Of a stretch of 64,000 bases of DNA, positions 9,795-19,971 are shown piece after piece. This DNA is from Nitrospirota bacterium. Its GTDB lineage: Bacteria; Nitrospirota; UBA9217. Made by a program: the position numbers and the translations under genes. The stretch lies in contig CAVWHO010000019.1 in NCBI GenBank assembly GCA_963754875.1, forward strand, positions 83,328-147,327. The letters run 5' to 3'. The first letter of the stretch is position 1; every line of letters starts with the position of its first letter. The notes under the pieces were generated by a model. That model worked only from the letters and a program-made list of their open reading frames with translations. It was not told the DNA's origin and searched no databases.

Positions 9795-11642
9795 ATGACC
9801 CTCGAAGAAAAACTCCAGAACCTCCCGGACGAGCCGGGAGTCTATATGATGAAGGACAGCCGGGGGCACATCATCTACATCGGCAAGGCCGTGTCCCTCT
9901 GGAACCGGGTCCGTTCGTATTTTCAGAAGGGCAGCAAAGGCGAGAAGACCGAGATCATGGTACGCCAGATCGCCGACCTTGAGACTATCGTGACCCACAC
10001 CGAGCTTGAGGCCCTGGCGCTCGAATCGAACCTTATCAAGAAACACCATCCCCGGTACAACATCATCCTTCGCGACGACAAGAACTATCCGTACCTCCGG
10101 TTCGATCTGAAACCCGAATATCCCCGGCTCGAGGTCGTGCGCAGGATCAAGAAGGACGGCGCTCTCTACTACGGTCCCTATGTCCCGGCCGGCGGCATGT
10201 GGGAGACGCTCGCGCTCATCCGCCGCACGTTCCCGATCGCCCCGTGTAAGATCGAATTCAAGGCGGACAAGCCGGGGCGTCCCTGCATCCAGTTCCAGAT
10301 CGGCCGCTGCTTGGGGCCGTGCTCGGGAGAAGTTGACAAGGCAGCATATTCCGACGTCGTTTCCCAGGTCCGTTTTTTCCTCGAAGGCAAGAACCGCGAC
10401 CTCCTCGATATGCTGAAGCAGCGCATGGAAGAAGCATCAGAGAAAATGGAATACGAGCGGGCTGCCGAGCTCCGCGACCGGATCGCGAAGATAGAGGGCG
10501 CATTCGAAAAACAGAAGATCATTTCTTCCGGCTTTGAGAACCAGGACGTGATCGGCATGGCCTTCGAAACCGATCGCGCGGACATCCAGGCGCTCTTTAT
10601 CAGGAACGGCCTGCTGCTGGGGCGGAAGGATTTTTATCTCGACGACGTGCGGGGCATGACCGAAGAGGAAGTGTTGAACGACTTTCTGCGCCAGTTCTAT
10701 GCAAAAGAGATGATCGTGCCACCCGAGGTTCTTCTTCCGATCGAGGTTCCTGACCGCGCGACCATCGAGCATTGGCTCATGGACAAGCGTGACGCTAAAG
10801 TGGAGGTTCTGGTACCGCAGCGCGGCCGAAAGCGAGAGCTCGTCCAGATGGCATCGGACAATGCGGCGCAGTCGTTGCGGGAACACACCCTTTCGCAGAG
10901 GAGCAAAGAAAAGATCCTGCTGCGGCTCCAGGAGGAACTGGGGCTCCTGAACCTGCCGCGCAGGATAGAGGCCTTCGATATCTCGCAGATCCAGGGCACC
11001 GAGTCTGTCGCGAGCATGGTGTCCTTCGAGGACAACCTGCCGGACAAAAGAAACTACAAGAAATTCAAGATTCGGACCGTTGCGGGCCAGGATGACTTCG
11101 CGAGCATGGCGGAAGTCATCAGGCGGAGGTATACCAGGGCGAAGGAAGAGGGCGTCCTGCCCGATCTGATCCTGATCGACGGAGGCAAAGGCCAACTCAA
11201 CGCGGCACTCGACGTGCTGAAGGAATTAGACGTAAAAGGTCCCGATATCATCGGTCTTGCCAAGGCCCGGAGCGGCGACGAGGGTGCTGAACGGGAATTT
11301 GAACGCGTATTCCTGCCCGGTGTTGACGAGCCGGTGATCCTTGATCCGACGAGCGCTGTTACCCACCTGGTCGCGCGGGTGCGCGATGAGGCGCACCGGT
11401 TCGCGATCACCTATCATCGCAAACTTAGGGAGAAGCGAGCCGTGCATTCGGAGCTCGATGATATTACCGGCATCGGCGAAACGAGGAAAAAAGCGCTGCT
11501 GCGGCATTTCGGGAGCGTCGAAAAGATCAAACAGGCGACTGTGGAAGAACTGGCAGTGGTGAAGGGGATGTCGAAGAAGGTAGCGGAGGAAGTAGCAAAC
11601 TATTTTCAAGGCGCCAGGGTTCAGGGACGAGGGTCCTGGTAA
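9795..11642 (+). CDS. uvrC: Excinuclease ABC subunit C
   Basis: GIY-YIG PGVYMMKD..YIGKA, RIEAFDIS, DGGKGQL, RDEAHRFA, C-terminal HhH. Confidence 0.98.
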   Translation: MTLEEKLQNLPDEPGVYMMKDSRGHIIYIGKAVSLWNRVRSYFQKGSKGEKTEIMVRQIADLETIVTHTELEALALESNLIKKHHPRYNIILRDDKNYPYLRFDLKPEYPRLEVVRRIKKDGALYYGPYVPAGGMWETLALIRRTFPIAPCKIEFKADKPGRPCIQFQIGRCLGPCSGEVDKAAYSDVVSQVRFFLEGKNRDLLDMLKQRMEEASEKMEYERAAELRDRIAKIEGAFEKQKIISSGFENQDVIGMAFETDRADIQALFIRNGLLLGRKDFYLDDVRGMTEEEVLNDFLRQFYAKEMIVPPEVLLPIEVPDRATIEHWLMDKRDAKVEVLVPQRGRKRELVQMASDNAAQSLREHTLSQRSKEKILLRLQEELGLLNLPRRIEAFDISQIQGTESVASMVSFEDNLPDKRNYKKFKIRTVAGQDDFASMAEVIRRRYTRAKEEGVLPDLILIDGGKGQLNAALDVLKELDVKGPDIIGLAKARSGDEGAEREFERVFLPGVDEPVILDPTSAVTHLVARVRDEAHRFAITYHRKLREKRAVHSELDDITGIGETRKKALLRHFGSVEKIKQATVEELAVVKGMSKKVAEEVANYFQGARVQGRGSW

Positions 11643-11720
11643 TAGAGGGGGAGATTATAGAGGGACATGGTTGTTTTTCCTGGCCCCGGATAGTGCCCCC
11701 TTTTCATCCAAGGAGTTTTC

Positions 11721-12569
11721 ATGACCAACGAACAATGGCTGGACATATTCAAACAGATCGGGAAAAAGATGTGCGACGGGATCACTGCGACCCTGAGAAA
11801 GGAAGGCGGCACCATACCGCTGGGCAAGGGTGCGGGCGGCGACAAGACCTTTCCCGTGGACAAGTGGGCGGAGGACATCGTCATCGCGGCGCTCGAGAAA
11901 GCGCACCAAGAGGGCGAGACCTTCACGCTCATTTCCGAGGAGCTCGGCGTCAGGAAGTTCGGGGAAGGCAAAAAGATCGTGCTCGTCGATCCCATCGACG
12001 GGAGCAACAACGCAAAGAGCGGGATCCCGTTTTTTTCCACGTCCCTCGCGCTGCTGAACAGCGACACGCTGGATACGCTTGCCGTGGGCTACGTGATCAA
12101 CCTTGCGGCAGGCGATGAGTTCTGGGCGCTGCGCGGAAGCGGCGCCTACAAGAACGGCATGGCGCATCACAGACGTCGGCGACCGAGGGTATCACGATCG
12201 TGGCATACGAGGCATCGTCCCCGAAAGTCCGACCTGCCGCGTCTCCTGCCGCTTCTTGGCGCAGGCGAGGCGGACTCGTTGCTTCGGCTCCACGGCACTC
12301 GACCTCGCGTACCTTGCTTCGGGAGCGACGAGCGTGTTCGCGACCGCCACGGCGTCCCGTGCCTTCGATTACGCGGCCGGCATGCTGATCCTCACGGAGG
12401 CGGGCGGTGTGATCACCGATCTCTCGGGGGGGCGCTCGACCGTGTTGTCGTCGGTCTTGAACGGACTGCTCCGCTGCTGGCGAGCAAGAACAAGGCGACG
12501 CACGCGCTGGCGTTGAACACTCTTACTGCGCAAGGCGGGATAATAAATTCGCTCAGTATTGACATGTAA
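11721..12569 (+). CDS. Inositol monophosphatase / class IV FBPase family, several frameshifts at 12160-12435
   Basis: LISEE and VDPIDGSNN in the first frame; RCFGSTALDLAYLA and FDYAAGMLILTEAGG in another. Confidence 0.82.
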   Translation: MTNEQWLDIFKQIGKKMCDGITATLRKEGGTIPLGKGAGGDKTFPVDKWAEDIVIAALEKAHQEGETFTLISEELGVRKFGEGKKIVLVDPIDGSNNAKSGIPFFSTSLALLNSDTLDTLAVGYVINLAAGDEFWALRGSGAYKNGMAHHRRRRPRVSRSWHTRHRPRKSDLPRLLPLLGAGEADSLLRLHGTRPRVPCFGSDERVRDRHGVPCLRLRGRHADPHGGGRCDHRSLGGALDRVVVGLERTAPLLASKNKATHALALNTLTAQGGIINSLSIDM

Positions 12570-12592
12570 TTCTTTTTATGTAATTATGAAGC

Positions 12593-13516
12593 ATGGCATT
12601 AGTGAACCACACCACGCGCGAAATTAACGCGAAGATCGTTTATTACGGACCCGGCCTTTGTGGTAAAACGACGAACATCCATCTGATCTATCACCGGATT
12701 GCGCCGACACAGCGCGGCAAGCTCATTTCACTGGCCACGGAGACGGACCGGACGCTGTTCTTCGATTTTCTGCCCGTTGAACTCGGGACCATCAAGAATT
12801 ACAAGGTTCGGTTCCACCTCTATACGGTTCCGGGCCAGGTTTTTTACAACGCGACCCGCAAACTCGTGCTGAAAGGAGCGGACGGCGTGATTTTCGTGGC
12901 CGATTCCCAGCGCGCCATGGTGGACGCAAACATCGAGAGCCTGACGAACCTGCGAGACAACTTTGCCGAGCAGGGCGTCAACCTGGCTGAGTTCCCTATG
13001 GTCATCCAGTACAACAAACGTGACTTGCCCGATATTCTTCCCGTCGAGGAATTGAACGCGGTGATGAACCCGCGCAGAGTGCCTTTCTACGAAGCGGTTG
13101 CAAAAACGGGCGAAGGCGTACTTAAAACGTTTACCGCCATATCAAAACTCGTGCTTCAGGACATGCAAAAATATCCTGAACGGCATAACTTCACGTTGAC
13201 CGACATTGTCGGCAATGCCGAAAAAAAACCGGAGACGCCCCAGGACATTATGCGGGAAATGCCTGCACCGGAACCGTCGATGCCCGGAGCTCCCATGGCT
13301 GAGGCAAAGCCGGAAATGGCGGCCTTGGAGCAGGCCGTGGACGCCGGGATGAAGGTGAATGTCGGCAAGGCGGTCATGGAAGACGGCCAAATCGTCCTTC
13401 CCTTCGATCTCATGACACGTGACCGTGAAGATCAGTACCAGCTGCGCGTTGCGATCGATATGGCGGCGCCGGCATCCAAGCGGTTCAGGATTGTCGTCAA
13501 GAGTTTCAGAAAATGA
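12593..13516 (+). CDS. mglA: MglA-like small GTPase with about 115 aa C-terminal extension
   Basis: KIVYYGPGLCGKTTN, TETDRTLFFDFLP, YTVPGQ, YNKRD. Confidence 0.88.
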   Translation: MALVNHTTREINAKIVYYGPGLCGKTTNIHLIYHRIAPTQRGKLISLATETDRTLFFDFLPVELGTIKNYKVRFHLYTVPGQVFYNATRKLVLKGADGVIFVADSQRAMVDANIESLTNLRDNFAEQGVNLAEFPMVIQYNKRDLPDILPVEELNAVMNPRRVPFYEAVAKTGEGVLKTFTAISKLVLQDMQKYPERHNFTLTDIVGNAEKKPETPQDIMREMPAPEPSMPGAPMAEAKPEMAALEQAVDAGMKVNVGKAVMEDGQIVLPFDLMTRDREDQYQLRVAIDMAAPASKRFRIVVKSFRK

Positions 13517-13605
13517 TCTGCTCACGCAGACGAAAGCAAGGGCATACGGCGGGTTTCGGTCTCTGTAGTATGAACATTGTGCAGTGAACTCATAGTGAGG
13601 TTCCT

Positions 13606-14319
13606 ATGTCAAAAGTGACGGCACTCATTCCGGCGGCCGGCGTGGGAAAACGCATGGGCAAGGCCGTTGCGAAGCAATTCCTTCCTCTCGGCGACATGCC
13701 CATGCTTGCGCATACCCTCCTTGCATTTCAGCGGACCTCCGAGGTCGACGAAATCATCCCCATCCTTTCCGAGGAAGACATGGAAGGGTGTTTGAAGGAC
13801 ATTATCGAACAGTTCCATATCACCAAAGTGCGGACCCTCGTCGTCGGCGGCAAGGAACGGCAGGATTCGGTCGCCAACGGCCTCCATAAGTTGGAGAAGG
13901 ACACGGCAATCGTGCTGGTGCATGACGCCGTCCGGCCTTTTGTGACGCCTGAGATGATCAGGGAGTCTATTGATTACGCGAAAAAAGGCGAGTGTGTAGC
14001 TGTCGGCGTTCCTCTCAAGGACACGGTCAAAGAGGTGAACGCAAAAAGTATGGTGGTCCAGACACTCGAGCGGAGCAGGCTGTGGGCCATCCAGACGCCG
14101 CAGGCATTCCCGGTCAAGGTTATCAAGCATGCTTACGCGACGGCGCACAAACAAAATATGTATGGCACCGACGACGCGACGCTGGTTGAGCGGGCCGGGA
14201 ACAAGGTCCGAGTGATCATGGGGAGCTATGAGAACATCAAGATCACCACACCTGAAGATCTCCTGCTTGCGGAAGAGATCCTGAAAAGGAGATATGATGC
14301 GGATCGGCACAGGGTATGA
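13606..14319 (+). CDS. ispD: 2-C-methyl-D-erythritol 4-phosphate cytidylyltransferase
   Basis: [32 protein letters not shown]. Confidence 0.96.
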   Translation: MSKVTALIPAAGVGKRMGKAVAKQFLPLGDMPMLAHTLLAFQRTSEVDEIIPILSEEDMEGCLKDIIEQFHITKVRTLVVGGKERQDSVANGLHKLEKDTAIVLVHDAVRPFVTPEMIRESIDYAKKGECVAVGVPLKDTVKEVNAKSMVVQTLERSRLWAIQTPQAFPVKVIKHAYATAHKQNMYGTDDATLVERAGNKVRVIMGSYENIKITTPEDLLLAEEILKRRYDADRHRV

Positions 14320-14773
14320 TGTCCACCGTCTCGTTTCGGGCCGCAAGCTCATGATCGGCGGCGTCGAAATACCGTCCGAGCAGGGACTGCTGGGCCATTC
14401 GGACGCGGATGTCCTGCTCCATGCCATTTGTGACGCCTTGCTTGGTGCCGCGTGTCTCGGTGACATCGGCAGGCATTTCCCGGACACGGCGCCGAAATAC
14501 AAAGGGATTTCCAGCCTGGTGCTGCTTGGGGAAGTGCATCGGCTTTTAGGGGAAGCGGGATTTCGCGTGAACAATATCGATGCCACGATCGTCGCGGAAA
14601 AGCCTAAAATGGCGCCGCACATACGGGCAATGGTGGAAAACATTGCAACGGCAGTCAAAACCGAACGTTCGCTTGTAAACGTGAAGGCTACGACGACGGA
14701 GGGACTCGGCTTCACGGGACGTGGCGAAGGAATGGCGGCATATGCGGTCTGCACAATCAAAAAAGTGGAGTGA
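14294..14773 (+). CDS. ispF: 2-C-methyl-D-erythritol 2,4-cyclodiphosphate synthase
   Basis: [39 protein letters not shown]. Confidence 0.97.
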   Translation: MMRIGTGYDVHRLVSGRKLMIGGVEIPSEQGLLGHSDADVLLHAICDALLGAACLGDIGRHFPDTAPKYKGISSLVLLGEVHRLLGEAGFRVNNIDATIVAEKPKMAPHIRAMVENIATAVKTERSLVNVKATTTEGLGFTGRGEGMAAYAVCTIKKVE

Positions 14774-15368
14774 TTCCATTCGGTTCGCTTTTTTCATCGC
14801 GGCCTGTTTTGTGGTTGTCGTGACGCCGTCGTTTGTTCAGGCCGACGGAAAGGCTGTCGAGCAGGAACAAGGGCAGGCGAAAGGGCAGAAACAGGAGAAA
14901 CACGTTCTCTACGAGTGGACCGACAGTAAGGGAGGCGTGCACATTACCGATCAGCCCGGCACGATCCCGGAACGATACCGCTCGACGGTACATCAAGTGG
15001 AGGCCCCGCCGGGTGAAAAAACAGAATCAATTGAACAACGCAGTGCCCCGGAGTCCGGAATTTCCGATAACGCAGAGAACGAAGCAGATCTTAAGGAGAC
15101 TTGGCAGCAGCGGATGCGGGGAGCAAAGCGGCATCTTGCAGATCTCGAGCAGCAGTACCAGGCGCTCGATCAAAAACGGAATGAGGTGCTGGGAAGATGG
15201 GGAGGCGTTGCTTCCGGGCGTCTTGAGGATAAAGAAGAAGCAGAACGTATCGGCCTGGAAATGAAGCACGTTCAGCAGGAGATCAGTGACGCCAGGAACC
15301 AGATTGACGTTGTGATCCCGGACGAAGCGCGTAAGGCGGGAATCCCCCCGGGATGGCTGAGGGAATGA
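14742..15368 (+). CDS. DUF4124-domain secreted protein
   Basis: Signal-like N-terminus, [16 protein letters not shown], coiled coil, [13 protein letters not shown] end; start uncertain. Confidence 0.8.
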   Translation: MRSAQSKKWSDSIRFAFFIAACFVVVVTPSFVQADGKAVEQEQGQAKGQKQEKHVLYEWTDSKGGVHITDQPGTIPERYRSTVHQVEAPPGEKTESIEQRSAPESGISDNAENEADLKETWQQRMRGAKRHLADLEQQYQALDQKRNEVLGRWGGVASGRLEDKEEAERIGLEMKHVQQEISDARNQIDVVIPDEARKAGIPPGWLRE

Positions 15369-15469
15369 GGACAGAATTGCACATTTCCCGATTTTAAATC
15401 GTCGAATAACAACGAAGTCCATTGCGCATTTTCAGCCGACAATCGAACATCTCTCATCTAAATCAAAAA

Positions 15470-16129
15470 ATGATCGAGACTTTTCGCAAGATAAAAAAAG
15501 ATTTTCATGCCGCGCTCTCCATGGATCCTGCTGCAACGAGCAAGATCGAGGTCGCCCTTACCTATGCGGGTTTCCACGCCCTGTTGTTCTACCGTTTGGC
15601 GCATTGGCTGCGGAAAAAACGACTGCCCTTTATTCCGCGGGCGCTTTCGCAGTTTGCACGGTTCCTCACCGGCATAGAAATCCATCCGGGAGCGATTATC
15701 GGCTCAGGTCTGTTTATCGACCATGGCATGGGTGTGGTGATTGGAGAGACCACGGAAATCGGGGACAACGTCACGCTCTTCCAGGGCATCACACTGGGAG
15801 GGACCGGCAAGCAGCGCGGGAAGCGCCATCCCACATTAGGCAGCCATGTCGTCGTTGGTGCCGGCGCGAAGGTGCTTGGTCCCATTAAAGTCGGTGACTA
15901 TGTAAAAATCGGTGCGAACTCGGTAGTGCTCCAGGACGTACCGGACCACTCGACCGTGGTCGGCATACCGGGACGGATCGTGCGGATCAAAGACGAGCGT
16001 GTGCCGGATGAAGCACTCTTGGATCACATTAATATCCCTGACCCCATAGCCGACCGGCTTATTGATCTGCAGCTTCAGATTGATTTACTGAAGAAGGAAA
16101 TGGAGAGCATCAAAAAGTCGAAGGGCTGA
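15470..16129 (+). CDS. cysE: Serine O-acetyltransferase
   Basis: [31 protein letters not shown]. Confidence 0.96.
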   Translation: MIETFRKIKKDFHAALSMDPAATSKIEVALTYAGFHALLFYRLAHWLRKKRLPFIPRALSQFARFLTGIEIHPGAIIGSGLFIDHGMGVVIGETTEIGDNVTLFQGITLGGTGKQRGKRHPTLGSHVVVGAGAKVLGPIKVGDYVKIGANSVVLQDVPDHSTVVGIPGRIVRIKDERVPDEALLDHINIPDPIADRLIDLQLQIDLLKKEMESIKKSKG

Positions 16130-16183
16130 TATGGGATTTATTGACGGGAAGACAGTTTGACGACGTGCTTTTGCTATTGCGCG

Positions 16184-16612
16184 TCATTCCGCCATGATTT
16201 TGTAACTGTGCGTTATAGCCCCTGTCTTAGCGAGCGTTGCACCGACTGAACAATATTTTTCCAGGGACAGCTTGATTGCCCGTTCCACTGCTTCTTTCTC
16301 GACGCCCCTGCCTCGGACCACATATTCGATATGAACTTCCTTGTACACCTTCGGATAATCGTCGGTCTTTTCTCCCCTGACATTGATCTCCAGTCCGACG
16401 ACGGGTTGACGTTTTTTCCGCAGAATTGATATCACATCCATGCCCGAGCAACCGCCGAATCCGACGAGCAATAGTTCCATGGGACGGAAGCCTGCGTTGT
16501 GCCCCCCCGATATATCGTCCGCATCCATGTTCAGCGTATGTCCGGATGTGGCATTTCCTGAAAAATGCATATCCTTAACAAGCGTTACTTTAGCCTCAAC
16601 CATTGTCACCAT
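16184..16612 (-). CDS. OsmC/YhfA family protein
   Basis: RPMELLLVGFGGCSGMDV and KYCSV cysteine pair. Confidence 0.92.
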   Translation of the reverse strand: MVTMVEAKVTLVKDMHFSGNATSGHTLNMDADDISGGHNAGFRPMELLLVGFGGCSGMDVISILRKKRQPVVGLEINVRGEKTDDYPKVYKEVHIEYVVRGRGVEKEAVERAIKLSLEKYCSVGATLAKTGAITHSYKIMAE

Positions 16613-16914
16613 GCCCCTTCATATATGAATTATTTCGACCATGATAGCAAAAGGGACGGAGCGTGTCAACATCGGATGGAATTACGGAGGATATCGAGAT
16701 TGATCATGTTTACCAGAGGAGCATTTTTCGTACTACATTCAGTTACAAAAAAAATAGTTAAATTACCGTTTGTAACTTTTCATAGGTGTCTTTTATTATA
16801 TTTTTCTATTATCATTGTAGGAATACCGGATTAATAATAGCGCTGACAAATTATTATTTGATCTAAGATTTTGATTAATAAATAGATTATTTTTCATGGG
16901 TTTAATCTATTCTC

Positions 16915-16930
16915 TGGCAAGTTATTTGCA
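16915..16930 (+). promoter_or_regulatory. sigma54 (-24/-12) promoter upstream of dsrA
   Basis: TGGCAAGTTATTTGCA, GG-N10-GC with close match to consensus. Confidence 0.6.
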
Positions 16931-17056
16931 ATAAAAAATCGGTTCCTTAATTAGCAAAGTAACTTAGTGTAAGTTATTGTATTTGCATGATTGTTTTCTT
17001 AAATATTCTAAACGATGAAAATTATCCGGGATTATGGTCCGATTAGTATTTTTTAT

Positions 17057-17085
17057 TTGACTAATCTTGTTGCTAAACATACAAT
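17057..17085 (+). promoter_or_regulatory. sigma70 promoter upstream of dsrA
   Basis: TTGACT-N17-TACAAT. Confidence 0.7.
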
Positions 17086-17372
17086 CTGTTGTCCAAATAA
17101 TGGCTTCGAGTAAAATTTTATAAGAGTATAGCATTAGATGTCATTATCGATGCACTTCGTTAGACTGTTTTAATCCTTACATTTTCTATAATAATTATTT
17201 AGAAAGGGGGCCGTTACACCTTAACCGACAACGTGTTTTCGGCAGATTTCAGGAAGCACGAGGAAAAGAGTTACGGAAAGCGCGATCCAGTTTTCGTTTT
17301 GTTCAGCAAAAGAATAAGCGTCCCATGAGCATTGATAAATGTGAGATAAATCAATAAGGAGGATTTCCTAAC

Positions 17373-18551
17373 ATGAGCAATGATGGCAAGACCCCGATGC
17401 TTGACGACCTGGAAAAAGGCGTGTGGCCAAGTTTTGTAAAAGAAATTAAAAAGGCCGCCGTGAAAAGTAATACGGCGAAAGATCTGCTCAATATTTTGGA
17501 GCGATCATACCGAGATAAAGTGACCCACTGGAAGCATGGCGGTATCGTGGGTGTTCTCGGTTACGGCGGGGGCGTTATCGGCCGTTACTGTGATCTTCCG
17601 GCTGAATACCCGGGTGTGGCTCATTTCCACACGGTCCGTATCAACCAGCCGTCCGGATTCTACTACACATCCAGCGCGCTTCGTGATCTCATGGATATCT
17701 GGGACAAATATGGAAGCGGTCTGACCAACTTCCACGGATCCACGGGAGACATGGTGCTCCTCGGAACGCAGACTGATAAACTCGAGCCGATTTTCGCTGA
17801 AACAACGGCAAAGGGTTGGGATCTCGGCGGTTCCGGTTCCTGCCTCCGTACCCCAAGTTGCTGTGTCGGCATGTCCCGTTGCGAATATGCTACCATTGAT
17901 GCAATGGATATATGCAACACCCTTACCCATAAGTTCCAGGATGAACTCCATCGTCCCGCATTCCCCTACAAGTTCAAGATCAAGGTTTCCGGCTGCGCAA
18001 ACGATTGCACCGCTGCCGTTGCGCGCGCTGACATGTCTATCATCGGCACCTGGCGCGACAATATCCGGATCGATCAGGCCGAGGTAAAGAACTGCGCCAA
18101 GAACATGGACATCAAGACCGAAGTGACCGACATGTGCCCGACCAAGTGCATGAACTGGGACGGCAGCACGCTCAAGATCAACGACAAGGACTGTAACCGC
18201 TGCATGCACTGCATCAACCGCATGCCCAAAGCCCTGCGCCCCGGCAAAGAGAAAGGCGCAACCATCATGCTCGGCGGTAAAGCACCGATCGTGACCGGCG
18301 CACTCATGAGCTGGGTTCTTGTTCCTTTCATGAAGCTTGAAGCCCCCTATGATAACATCGAAGCCCTCATCCGCAAACTTTGGGAATGGTGGGATGATCA
18401 CGGAAAGAACCGCGAGCGTATCGGTGAGTTGGTAGATCGTATGGGCATGAGATCCATGCTTGAAGCAACCGGCCTGCCGCCCGTGCCGCAGATGGTGAAA
18501 GCCCCGAGGTCGAACCCGTACGTATTCTGGTCCGCGGACGACGTGAAATAA
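17373..18551 (+). CDS. dsrA: Dissimilatory sulfite reductase alpha subunit
   Basis: THWKHGGIVGV, FHTVRINQP, CVGMSRC and GCANDC siroheme motifs, ferredoxin-like insert. Confidence 0.98.
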   Translation: MSNDGKTPMLDDLEKGVWPSFVKEIKKAAVKSNTAKDLLNILERSYRDKVTHWKHGGIVGVLGYGGGVIGRYCDLPAEYPGVAHFHTVRINQPSGFYYTSSALRDLMDIWDKYGSGLTNFHGSTGDMVLLGTQTDKLEPIFAETTAKGWDLGGSGSCLRTPSCCVGMSRCEYATIDAMDICNTLTHKFQDELHRPAFPYKFKIKVSGCANDCTAAVARADMSIIGTWRDNIRIDQAEVKNCAKNMDIKTEVTDMCPTKCMNWDGSTLKINDKDCNRCMHCINRMPKALRPGKEKGATIMLGGKAPIVTGALMSWVLVPFMKLEAPYDNIEALIRKLWEWWDDHGKNRERIGELVDRMGMRSMLEATGLPPVPQMVKAPRSNPYVFWSADDVK

Positions 18552-18571
18552 TCTAAGGAGGATAACTTAAA

Positions 18572-19645
18572 ATGGCCGACAAACCAAAGAGAATAACCGA
18601 TATTGGAGCCCCTCACTTTAGCAAATTCTTGCCTCCCGTGATCGCGAAAAACTACGGGAAGTGGAAGTATCATGAAGTTATCGATAAAGGCACCATGAAA
18701 CACGTATCTGAGACAGGCGAAGAACTTTATACCGTACGTATTGCAACACCCCGTCTCGTCAGCAGCGATTATATCCGCGAGATGTGCAATTACGCTGATA
18801 AATTCAGCGGAGGCCACCTTCGCTGGACAACCCGTCACAACATCGAGTTTTTCCCAGCAAAGGACCAGGTAGAGTCGCTCAAGTCAGCGCTCAAGAAGGA
18901 AGGACACCTCGTTGGCGGTATCGGCTACGGCATCAGCAACGTGGTGCATACCCAGGGCTGGATCCACTGCCACACCCCGGCAACGGACGCTTCCGGCGTG
19001 GTAAAGGCGGTCATGGACGAGCTGCATGAATACTTTACGACGAAGACCCTTCCGGCCCGCGTCAGGATCGCCTTGGCATGCTGCCTGAATATGTGCGGCG
19101 CCGTTCATTGCTCCGATATCGCGATCCTCGGCATTCACCGTAAGCCCCCGAAGGTTAACGAGGCGACCATTGCGAACCAGTGCGAGATCCCGACGACTAT
19201 CGCATCCTGCCCCACGGGCGCTATCAGCCCGAACCCGGCAGCGAAGTCGGTCAAGATCAAAGAAGAACGCTGCATGTATTGCGGTAACTGCTACACGATG
19301 TGCCCGTCATTGCCATTGGCTGATGCGACGGGCGATGGTATCTCCATCTATGTAGGTGGTAAGGTTTCGAATGCACGTGGTCCGGCGCGTATGTCCAGGC
19401 TTGCCATACCGTTCCTGCCGAACAATCCGCCGCGCTGGCCTGAAGTCGTAAAGGCCGTGAAGCACCTGGTGGAAGTCTACGCCAAGGATGCACAGAAGCA
19501 TGAGCGCATGGGTGAGTGGATTGAGCGCATTGGTTGGGAGCGGTTCTTTAAACTGACCGGCCTCGCGTTTACGTATCAGCACATTGACGATTTCACCTTT
19601 GCTCGCGAGACGTTCAGAATGACCCCAACCTTCAAGTGGGAATAA
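18572..19645 (+). CDS. dsrB: Dissimilatory sulfite reductase beta subunit
   Basis: [37 protein letters not shown]. Confidence 0.98.
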   Translation: MADKPKRITDIGAPHFSKFLPPVIAKNYGKWKYHEVIDKGTMKHVSETGEELYTVRIATPRLVSSDYIREMCNYADKFSGGHLRWTTRHNIEFFPAKDQVESLKSALKKEGHLVGGIGYGISNVVHTQGWIHCHTPATDASGVVKAVMDELHEYFTTKTLPARVRIALACCLNMCGAVHCSDIAILGIHRKPPKVNEATIANQCEIPTTIASCPTGAISPNPAAKSVKIKEERCMYCGNCYTMCPSLPLADATGDGISIYVGGKVSNARGPARMSRLAIPFLPNNPPRWPEVVKAVKHLVEVYAKDAQKHERMGEWIERIGWERFFKLTGLAFTYQHIDDFTFARETFRMTPTFKWE

Positions 19646-19668
19646 TGGTCTGAAAGGTGTATACTATC

Positions 19669-19701
19669 AATCCGGCCCTGGATTTACTCCGGGGCCGGAT
19701 T
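19669..19701 (+). other. 14-bp intercistronic hairpin after dsrB without a U-tract
   Basis: AATCCGGCCCTGGA-TTTAC-TCCGGGGCCGGATT. Confidence 0.7.
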
Positions 19702-19734
19702 AGCTGTTGTTACAACTTATTGGAGGGGACGATT

Positions 19735-19971
19735 ATGGACGCTGTAGAACTGCAGAAAAAAGTGTATGAGCTGGTGCAAAAGAGCCAGGGTAAGAAAAAG
19801 CTGAAGCCCAAGGACATCAGCAATGCCATGGAGGCGGAAGGCGCGACCCAGGCAGAGGTTAAAGCCGCGCTCCGTGAGCTGATAGACGGCGGCAAGCTGG
19901 TATATTCCTACTTCGGCGGCACTGCTGTCGAAATCCCGCACACAGAGGGTTCGGCTAACCCGCAGTCATAA
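19735..19971 (+). CDS. dsrD: DsrD
   Basis: 78 aa directly after dsrB; KKKLKPKD...VKAALRELIDGGKLVYSYFGG winged-helix pattern. Confidence 0.88.
   Translation: MDAVELQKKVYELVQKSQGKKKLKPKDISNAMEAEGATQAEVKAALRELIDGGKLVYSYFGGTAVEIPHTEGSANPQS

Noticed and set aside
13609..14760. Long antisense ORFs (13609-14760, 17505-18401, 42042-42959 and similar)
   Set aside because: Shadows of well-supported genes on the opposite strand in GC-rich coding DNA
17124..17357. Stop-free frame in the dsrA leader as a leader peptide
   Set aside because: No usable start codon after the SD-like GAAAGGGGG; the only ATG gives 10 codons
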